Assembly: GCF_006345805.1 (NCBI RefSeq)
Contig: NW_021835264.1
Coordinates: 1 to 42,558 of the forward strand
DNA: 42,558 bases
Source: Octopus sinensis
Lineage: Eukaryota
Direction of reading: 5' to 3'
Below the pieces are notes generated by a model. It searched no databases and was not told the DNA's origin. It saw only the letters and a list, made by a program, of their open reading frames with translations. Shown here in pieces: positions 32,801 to 42,558 of the stretch. The position numbers and the translations under genes are program-made. Numbering within the stretch: the stretch's first letter is position 1; each line of letters opens with the position of its first letter.

Positions 32801-33912
32801 TATAAACAGTTTGTTTGTGGTTAGTTAAAAATGATTCACAGTTGTTAATGACAACTCCAACAAGTTGAAGTGTACATACATACAACTGTTATCTCCTTTT
32901 TGTACACAAACACTGTAGACACCTTGTTTACAATTGTCATAACACACTGCTGGCTAGAAAATCTATCTGGTTTGTTTTAAGCTACATGCCATATTGACTC
33001 TTAATGTGTTGTATAGGTATGTAAATGTTATTTCTTCCAAGTAGAAACACTACCTTTGAGTTGTGTTTTTTTCTTTATGTTCACTTTCCCTTTATTGGTG
33101 ATATGTACTAGTGAAAATGAACACACACACAAATACCCATTAGATATGATTGTAATCATAGTCTCAGAATAATCGAGTAGTTGCTTTAACTGAGATGACA
33201 TCAACCTTTTCCTGTTCAAAATTCACTATTCATTTTCATCTTTGTCATTTTATACTGAACAACTCACTGATTGGTACGGACCATTTAGATGGAAATAATT
33301 ACTATATACTTGCTTTCTACTGTTTGTGCATATTGTTGTGCAGCTCCAAGTCAGCCTTCATTTAGCAAACTCTGATCAAAAGCATTGCAGCCATGTTCAT
33401 TCCATCTGTTAAGGAGCATTGCTGGCTTGTGTTATCCAGTTTGTTTTTCTAGCTTGTTTACAATGGAGTGGAAAGTTTGATTTGAAGAATATTTTGATTG
33501 CTATTTTGACTGACCAGTAAAGGACTTCATTAAGTGCTGTGTCTCTGAGTGTTCATCATTATGTGTGTGTGTGTGTATGTATTTGTGTTTTATACTAGTA
33601 AATGTAGGCTGTGTACCTTGTTGGTTCTAGCTGTTTTGCTATGATTATGTAAATATTGTTTCTTCCAACTAAAGATACCAAAGGTATTCCAACTGTGGTT
33701 ATCTTGTCTTTTCTATCAGACATAGTGTATCAAGGACTACATTATGCAATATGTTCCGCTATCTTTAAGATGGCTGGAAATATTACCTTTATCACATTGA
33801 ATGACCATATAAAGGCATCCTCATACATTTGATTATAAAAAATTTGAACGAAGAAGCTGGTATGAGGTGGTCACCTTTATAATTCAAATGTCATATACAT
33901 TGAGATCTACCA

Positions 33913-34092
33913 GGGCAGTGGATTGGCAGAATCGATACAGCAATGGGCAAAATGCTTTGCATTATTTGTTCCAACACTTCACATTCTTAGTTCAGATCCC
34001 ACTGAGGTCAAATTTGCTCTTTATTGTTCTTGAGTTGATAAAATAAAGTGCCAGTCAAGTACTGCGGTTGATATTATGAACTGGTTTCCCCT
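33913..34092 (+). mobile_element. Old copy of tRNA-derived (Nin-domain-like) SINE
   Basis: GGCAGTGGATTGGCAGAATC...GAGGTCAAATTTGC...GTTGATAAAATAAAGTGCCAGTCAAGTACTG is a diverged homologue of 37542-37773. Confidence 0.65.
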
Positions 34093-35120
34093 CTACTATG
34101 GTATGATATGTCACAAGCTGCATAATCTCATCATAGTTGGAAAACTTGGAGAGTGGCTACATGGCTTCCTAAAAGATAAAAATCAGGTAGTGGTAGCCAA
34201 TAGGATTACCTCCAAGGAAATACAAATACTGAGTGGTGTCTCACAGGGCATTGTCTTGAGACCACTGCTATTCATAGTGGCCCTCTCAAATATGTCCTCA
34301 GCTGCTCAGATAGTCACCTTTGCTAGCTATGCTAATGATACAAATGTCTCTCTGAGGTTACAGAACCCTGAAGATGTGCACTTACAGCAGGTATTGAACA
34401 CAATATACAGATGGGCTAAGGACAATAACATGCTATTTGATGCTGAAAAATTACAAGTCCTGTGCTACCAGCACATGAAGCTGAATGAATTGCAGACAAG
34501 ATACACTGGCTCAGGAGGTATTGCAATCCCTGAATCAAAAACTGCACAGCCTGAGCATTGACATTAAGTAATGATGCATCTTTCAGGTGCATATTACTTA
34601 ACTGATCATAAAATGCAAACACCTGGCCAGATGGATCCTTTGAACTTTCAGAATGAGAGAACAGGAAACCATGATGGTCCTATGGACAATACATGTCCTC
34701 AGTCATTTAGACTACTCCTCCCATTTATAGTCACCACACTGTAAAATTAATGGCAGAAATCAAAGCAACCCAGTAAAACTACACAAAGAAGATTGTTGTA
34801 ATGCGACTTGTCAGCTACTGAGACAGACTGTAAATGTTAAGACACTACTCCATAGAACAAAGGCAGGAAAGTTATGCAGTGATATACACTTGGAAAATCC
34901 TTGGAAGATTTGTACCAAACTTTGGCATTAAAAGTTACACAAACTGCAGAACAGGACACCACTGCATAGTGTCAAAAATCCCAACATTACCATCAGGATA
35001 CAGGATCAGTTACTGCAGCAGTTTGGGTTTCAAGGGTTCACAGCTCTTGGATATCCTTCAAAAGGCCCAAGAGACCTACATGGGGTAGATGTAGGTGTCT
35101 TTAAAACAAAACTATCAAGA
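34093..35120 (+). mobile_element. CR1/L2-clade LINE RT-to-3' fragment (same family as 1-468 and 2248-2605)
   Basis: ORF 34076..34561: GMICHKL...GKLGEWLHGFLKD...SGVSQGIVLRPLLF...YANDT...MLFDAEK; ORF 34834..35088 is the C-terminus (YSIEQRQESY..IYTWKIL). Confidence 0.9.
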
Positions 35121-36419
35121 TTGACTTGAGGTTATACAAAAAGACCTCCAAAATGTCAGTGAAATTGAAACCGTGACTTCATGATTGTGATGCACAACCT
35201 TTTGCCATTTAGTCATTGAACAAAGCAGTACTTTGAATCTCTTAACAGTCTGTGCTTCAAAATAGTTCATAATTTTGTTCATACTTTGGCATTAGAAAAC
35301 CTCTCATCCATGTTTGAGTGAACACAAAAGTATTAAATATTTATTCATACCTACATTTCAATCATTGCTGCTTAGTGTGCTTCTAATTAATTCCAGCTTG
35401 ACAGCATTGCACACATCAGCAAATTTTAAATTTTCTGTTTAAATATAAGGATGGCAGTTCTTACTAGGCTATGCATGACAGATTCTGCGGCTGACGGAGC
35501 ATAATGTTGCAGAAATACATGTCCTATCATCTGATAATGTCATTCACAGCCTAGCAGAATGTTTTTCCCACATTGTCTGTAAGGAGAATTTTTCTCCTCA
35601 CACAGTTTCCACTGTGAAGATCTTTCCATGTTTTAGTGTGCATGAATTTGTTAAATATTGTACATACCTATATTTTAATCATCACTGCTTACCATGTTTC
35701 ACTAATTAATTCCTTTGTAAAGTCCACATTCCTGGGATCAACCTTCCTCATTTGTATATATTATGATCATAAAATGTTGGTTGTCATAAATAAGAAAGCT
35801 TAGGATTAATATGAGTGATGATTTTTCATATTTGAGACCTATCCAATCCATGTAGACATTGGAAAAGCAGGTGTGCTGACAACGATGATGATGATAACAG
35901 TGGCATACCACCTCATAATCTTTATGGAAGTGAGTTTTGATGATTTGGGCAGAGTTCTTCTTCAAAGAGAGTTATCTCTTTTATTTAGCAATACAGATCA
36001 ACATCACTAGTTTTCTTGTGTTCAGCTGTTTTTTGATGATTACTTCACAGTTTGTTTACAGAAGTTGATCTTTAGAATTTACAGTTTATACCTATCTTCT
36101 AATGATATTTTGATTCTTATATCTGGAATAATGATCTTAACAACCACTTTCTAAAATTTACATGTCGTTTTCAATTGGTGAAATACAACTTTTTTTTTTT
36201 AAATGCAAGTAAACAACTGAATAAGCAAATTAAAATTTTGCTTCTGTGTGGTTTTTTGCTTTTTCTTCCATATTTGGTCATTATGATAATGAGATGTTGC
36301 CACTGCTGAAGTTTCTTGGCTAATTAGGATAATTTTCCTTCAAAACTAATTAGACTTTTAAACAGTCTCTGAAACATTTGTTTTTTGTAGCTTTCTCTGT
36401 TTCCCTTTTTTTTTCTTTG

Positions 36420-36830
36420 CATATATGTACATATGTATTTATGACTCCTATTATGTGTGTGAGATTTTATTTTTTATTATTGTATGTGTTGTTTTTCCTA
36501 TGAATACATGTGTGTAGAGATATTTTCATGTTGTTTTTGTGTGAATTATTTTCATGTGCATGGTTTTTTTTTAACAAATGCACATGTGGGTGTGTGTCTG
36601 TATGTGGGTAATTTATATATGTGTATGCTATTTAAATGTGTGTGTATGCATGTGCATATTTCTGTATATGCTTTGTATCCACTTAATTTACTTTTATCTA
36701 GTTTGTTTGTGTCTTTGTGTATACGTCTGTATTTTTTTGTGTTCAGATTATTTGTGTGTGTATATCTGTGTATGCATGTATTCATCATGCATTTATGTAT
36801 GTGTCTGTCTGTCTGTGTGTACATCTGAAA
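36420..36830. repeat. Degenerate (TG/TA)n microsatellite
   Basis: Directly visible. Confidence 0.85.
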
Positions 36831-37541
36831 TATATCTTCATAAATAACTTAAGAAGTAAATAATAAAGAGATAATATAAAAATAAAAATAACAACATAAT
36901 ATCCATGAAGCTGTTTAAACTTGTGGTAGGGTTGTTGAGGTGAGGGGAGGTCTGAGTGTTTTTGTTATTGTTCATGTTGTTTATTTTCTGCTTGCATGTG
37001 TGGCTTGAGATGTAAACATCAGGTAGACTAGCTGATTAAGGTAGCAAGCAGTACCAAGCATTTGCTGGTACAAAGCAACTCCAGAAGCCTAACTAGTGAG
37101 AGAAACATGTGTGTTGGGGAGAGGACGAGACTGAGATTCTGAAATACTTTATATTCCACTTGCTAGGAAGTATATATGCATATGTGTGTTTCACTAGTTT
37201 TAAAGACATTGTTACGTGTACATGCATGCTTCCGTGCACATACACACAGTCCAAGGAAACTGAAGCTGGTCTATTTGGCAAAAATTTTGCAGGACTTTTT
37301 AGGTTAGATAAGCTTGTATGACATGTATGTACATTTACACATTATGTGTGTGTGTGTATGTGTGTAGTATACATCTATGCTTGGTGTGTGTGTGAGGGTA
37401 TGCATCTGTGTTTGGTGTGTTTGTATATACATATTATTTCTATATATGTATATATCCAAAGAAGTGAAAATAAAATTTTCTCAGTAAATTTTGTTAAAAC
37501 TAGTATCACAAATGATATATGTATATATATAAATGTATATT

Positions 37542-37773
37542 TATTTCTTTACTACCCACAAGGGGCTAAACACAGAGGGGACAAACAAGGACAGACAAAG
37601 GGGTTAAGTCGATTATATCGACCCCAGTGCATAACTGGTACTTAATTTATCGACCCCGAAAGGATGAAAGGCAAAATCGACCTCGGCGGAATTTGAACTC
37701 GGAACGTAACGACAGACGAAATACGGCTACGCAAGTCGCCTGGCGTGCTAACGTTTCTGTCAGCTCGCCGCCT
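37542..37773 (-). mobile_element. Young tRNA-derived SINE with Nin-like central domain
   Basis: Minus head AGGCGGCGAGCTGACAGAAACGTTAGCAC...GAGTTCAAATTCCGCCGAGGTCG; central TTTATCGACCCCGAAAGGATGAAAGGC on the + strand; CpGs intact. Confidence 0.85.
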
Positions 37774-38117
37774 TTTTTAATAAATGTATATTATATAACA
37801 GATCTTGGTAAAAATGGATACTGAGTTGTGAGTTGTCATTATTGTTACTGCTGTTTAACCCTAAATCTACTCTAATCCAGAATACATATAATAAAAATTC
37901 TGTCTTTATTTCCATCATAGTTTATCTAGAACTGAATATTCCAATGTGTCCTTTCATTTTTTAGATGGAAGGCAAGGAAAGAAAGATTTGGTTGCTATTT
38001 CTCTCTGATCAAATAATATAGAAGCCTTCATCATTGTTTAGTATGTATTTATATATTGTGTATGTGTGAATATGTGTTTACAGATATGTGTGTGTGTGCA
38101 TATATATATATATATAT

Positions 38118-38270
38118 ATCATCATCATCATCAATTAATGTGTTTTCCATGCGGGCATGAGTTGGATGGTTTGACAGGGGCTGGCTAGCCTGAAGACTGC
38201 ACCAGGCTTTACTGTCTGTTTTTGCAGGGTTTTTATGGATGGATGCCCTTCTTAATACCAACCACCTTAC
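38118..38270 (-). mobile_element. RTE 3' tail remnant
   Basis: (CAT)n, TTTCCATGCGGGCATGAGTTGGATGG...GGATGCCCTTCTTAATACCAACC; similar remnants at 21360-21440, 35850-35900(+), 38545-38700 and 39580-39760. Confidence 0.75.
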
Positions 38271-40499
38271 ATCATTTGGTGGCCGTCCACATGTCCATGC
38301 TTGCATGGTAGTTACACTTGTTTACAACAACCATGCAATGTCAAGGCAAAGAGACAATAATACACACATACATACATACATGCATACATACATACATACA
38401 ATACAATGCCTGGTCAAGATATTCAGCATTTTTTAACACTTGACATCTTAAAGGTATTTTCTCCCTGGTGCAATTCTGCTGCTAAAAACCCATACACAAA
38501 ACACATACATTAAGTATGTGACATAGTAATGTTTATTTACATATCATCATCATCATCCTTTAATGTTTCTTTTCCTTGCTGGCATGGGTTGGATGGTTTG
38601 ACCCATGACAGCATGATAAAAAAGGAGAGGACTGAGGAATGATCCCTGATGAATGCAGCTCAACCATAGAGCACATTAGACAGGATGAATTCCATGTGTA
38701 CATGCCATGTAATGTGCAGTATGGCTTTCTATGTATATTCTCAACTTCTAGACTTATTAGCAATGTGATGTGCATCCTAGTACAGTGTTAGGTGGGGCTA
38801 TTAAGGCAGTTGTTTTGTTTGTGTGTGTGTGTGTGTGTTATGTTTGTTTAGAGATAATGAGTGGAATTGTGATTTTAGGGTGTTGGTGTAGTATTGTTCT
38901 GGGCTGACTGAACATGTAGTGACAAGGTCTATTATGGGTTGGAGCTTGTTATAGTCTCTTGCAAAAATTTTTACTTTGAGTATTTTTGTTTCATTGTTTG
39001 GTTGCTTTGTGTGGAACTTGTGATCTTGCAATGTTCCTTATTTTGTGTTTTTAGGTTTTGTTAGGCTTAGATCAATCTTGACCATATTCTATCCATAACC
39101 AACCTGTCTTTTTATTGTTACTTAAAATTAACATGTTTTATTATGTAAGGCAGTATGGTGTGATTCTAAGATTTGACTGCTATTTATAGCTGGTTGAGCA
39201 ACCACACAAAAACCCCTCTGCTTAATTATGTTGATCAAGTACAGTACCTGTGAGTGCTGTGTATTAATTGATCATTGCTTTCATGTGTGTTGTAAATGTT
39301 AAAGAATTGTTGCTGGTAATTCTTAGTAAGTTTGTCTTCTGTATGTGTGTGGTACCTTTATGTTGTAAACGGTGATGGTTAGTTGGTTGTATCTGATATT
39401 CTTTGGTGCTGCTGGTTAGAAGATAGAGACATCATCACTTTTTATCAAACTGAGATAACTACATGTCTGTTTTGTCATTACTGAGACATTTTTGTATTCT
39501 CTTATTGAAACTTACTCACTCATACAACTAATAAACGTATGTATGTATGTACATATACGTGTGTATATATGTATGTATAATCATCATTGCTTTAACATCC
39601 ACCTTTCTATACTTACATCAGATGAATTTTGTTGTGGCAAATTTTCTATAGCAGGATGCCCTTCTTGTTACCAACTGTTACTGGTTTCCAAGTAAGATAA
39701 TATTTCCCCAAGGCTAGACTTGTGTCTCATGGAAGACTAGAAGCAAATGCCACTGCTTGTATTATGGCGAGGCTCTCGGTGCATATACACATAGTCAAGC
39801 ATGCACAAGCATGTACACACATAGTCAAGCATGCAGAAAAATGTACACACTTGTATTTATCTAGATTCAGCTTTGTATTATCCCATTGTCATTAGAGTTT
39901 TGTTGCCTTGATTTCATTTTAGATAAATCCAGCTAAAGGCCCTACCATATGTGTATACAGAAACAGTCAGCTGTCAGATCAAAATGAATATATACTCCAC
40001 TATTTTAAACATATTGAGAACTTTATAGAAGTGTGATCTTGTGGATTGTTTGATCTAGAATATCAGATACACACACACACACACACACACACATATCTAA
40101 CCCCCATAATAGCATGGAAAAACAAGTATATGTGTGTGTGTATTTTGGCACTCTATGGCCAAATGCAAATGAACTATGTAAATTAAAACTATATAGATGC
40201 CTGTCAGTTGGATTGTGTGTGATACAAAGTTACAGCCTGGTCACATTAATACACACACACTGTAATTCTAAGAAGGGCGGGCGGGCGGGCGGCTAACTAT
40301 ACTATACTAAACAGAAAATGTGCACAGTTTCTGACTTATATATGTATCTGCTTCCATACCTATATTTACACCTGTTTAAAACCCAGTGTAGTTTTTATTT
40401 TGACTTTTTATACCTCACAGCTTAGCAGTTTGATAATTTGAGATTGATAAAATAAGCACTAGACTTAAAGAGCATTGGGAGTGTTAAGCAACATGGTTG

Positions 40500-41107
40500 C
40501 TGTCCATGCGAATATATATTCATTTGTGTGTGTGTGCATGCGCGCCCTTGAGGAAAGAATGAATATCACACCATCTCATTTATATGTAGCCTTGTGCCTA
40601 AGTAAGAAATCTTATGTAAAGTAGGAAATTTGAAGATTTAGGTGGTGTGTGTATATGTGTGCATTCATTTGTATCTGTTTGTGTGTGTGCATGCAAAGAT
40701 GCCTCCTTGTGTGCGTATGCATGCATATATCTGTGTTTGTATTTGTTTGAAATTTAATAGCACATGTGTAATATGGATGAGAGAATTGATAAGCATAGAC
40801 CAATGAGGAGTAAGATAATGTGTGAGTGTATGTGTGTGTTTGTGTTCCATCTTTGTTGCTTATCACATCAGATAACAAATGCTCACAAACAGAAGACTGT
40901 GTATGAGTGTGTATGCAAATAAACATGAATAAAAACATACACGTTAATAAACACATGTACAAGTTTATGTTCATATATAGATACAGAACCTATACCTTTA
41001 TGGAAAGATATTTTGAGATGAGGGCTACATATATGTATACTCACAGTTGAATACACACATGCAAGCACACAAGTGTAAATCTACACACACACCCAACCAC
41101 TCACATG

Positions 41108-41146
<39 letters not shown>

Positions 41147-41220
41147 TTTCTTTCTCTCTCTCTCTCTCTTCCCCTTTATACATGAGAGAGAGAAAAAGAG
41201 ATTGATATATATATATTTGC
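40500..41220. repeat. Compound (TG)n/(CA)n/(CT)n/(GA)n microsatellite region
   Basis: Directly visible. Confidence 0.85.
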
Positions 41221-42014
41221 ATGCAGCTAGGTGTAAAAGCATAATTACTTACTGTGAGGCCTATATCCTTTAAATGTCATAAAAGTAACAAGCCTCCTTT
41301 TTCCTCTCTTGGACCTTAATACTTTTTTTTTTTTTTTGTATCCTGTAATAAAACCTTCCACCTGTTTATCAAATTGCTGCTGATAACATTCACCAGTAAA
41401 CTTTACACTTCTGGAAAACCTATGTTTGTGTTTGCATATTAGTTTATATGTGAGAGAGTATGAGCATGTTACAATTTCTCTATCAGCATCTTTTACTCAG
41501 AATCTTATCTATTTCTTATATATACTTATTTTTCTCAGCATTTAACTATAAATTGTTTCCTTTTTTTGTTTTTCTGTCTGCGCCCACTTTGACTGCCTCC
41601 TTTTATCAGCGTTTACTTTCCCTAGACATTGCATTTGTTACATAATGTCCAACCAGATTTTCACCAGTGTTACTATTCTGTACATTTCATTTTTACTATT
41701 CATATACATTTTCCACCAGTTTTGTTTTCTTAAATACATTTCACTTTTCTTCCTTATTCACTTCACACTTGCTCTACCACCTCCTCCTCTCCTTTACACC
41801 TTTCTCTGACATACATTGCAATTACACCTACAAACCAGCCCCACACCTCCAGTATCTCATACCACTATACTCCTATACTTGCACACTTCCAAACACCCTA
41901 AGAGCATCATCAATCTAAAAATTCCCCCATACTCATACACACACACACACACACACTCACACTCTTACACACACACATATACATACATACACACACACAC
42001 ACACGCACACATTA

Positions 42015-42398
42015 CTCTTCTACTTGTTTCAGTCATTTGACTGCGGCCATGCTGGAGCACCATCTTTAGTTGAGCAAATCGACCCCAGGACTTATTCTTT
42101 CTAAGCCTAGTACTTATTCTATCAGTTTCTTTTGCCAAACTGCTAGGTTACAGGGACATAAACACACCACCTTTGGTTGTCAAGTGATGTTGTGGGGGGG
42201 GGGGGCAAACACAAACACACAAACATATACACACACATGCATATATATACATATATATGACAGGCTCCTTTCAGTTTCCATCTACCTGATCCATTCACAA
42301 GGCTTTGGTCAGCCTGAGGCTATAGTAGAAAACACTTGCCCAAGGTGCCATGCAGTGGGACTGAAACCGGAACCATGTGGTTGGTAAGCTAGCTACTT
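42015..42398 (-). mobile_element. Uninterrupted tRNA-derived composite SINE (same family as the split copy 13605-16800)
   Basis: On the + strand: TTTCAGTCATTTGACTGCGGCCATGCTGGAGCAC...(CA/TA)n...CACTTGCCCAAGGTGCCATGCAGTGGGACTGAAACCGGAACCATGTGGTTGGTAAG. Confidence 0.9.
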
Positions 42399-42558
42399 GT
42401 GAGACTAATAATTTAGTGAAGAACTCAATTCAATATATGTATGTTTCAGAATGAAGTGTTAGACAAGTAAAGAGCAGTAATAAGAAAGAGAAATGACAAA
42501 TGAATAGATGATTATCTTATGAACTTAATTAGCTTACAGCTCTTTCTACTATAAGATG

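Noticed and set aside
41440-41930. C/T-rich stretch as a second Penelope copy
   Set aside because: Only compositional similarity to 31500-32300; no alignable motif found by eye.

Overview
AT-rich, repeat-dense eukaryotic genomic DNA, not prokaryotic. The SINE, LINE and microsatellite content resembles octopus (cephalopod) genomes; this is inferred from recognised repeat families, not from a search. Most of the window is nested, decayed mobile elements: RTE-clade LINEs with (ATG/CAT)n tails, CR1/L2-clade LINE pieces, R2-superfamily HERO-like elements with a restriction-like endonuclease, Penelope-like remnants, two mariner and one Tc1/maT transposase remnants, tRNA-derived SINEs, and long (TA)n/(TACA)n/(CA)n microsatellites. 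Nearly all Y/I/H/T/M/C/V-rich ORFs in the track are microsatellite artefacts. The one clear host-gene signal is a CpG-retaining promoter-like region (~10.0-11.2 kb) followed by a first coding exon (11350-11438, MSESEMTEDHVTITQLALHELEEELKCSVC|gtaagt). It resembles the start of the BARD1/BRCA1-type RING domain, including the phase-2 intron inside the second Cys; I could not find later exons. The best second-look items are: (i) a ~2.8 kb hierarchical tandem array (62-bp monomers, ~316/329-bp subunits, apparently identical 645-bp higher-order repeat) grown from an RTE 3'UTR inside a split SINE; (ii) four hammerhead-ribozyme-like motifs in Penelope-type tails; (iii) a head-to-tail permuted HERO-like element; (iv) a PHD-like C4HC3 finger inside the RTE ORF; (v) a cryptic CAACTAGCAAC repeat array in the promoter region. 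Element boundaries are read by eye and approximate.
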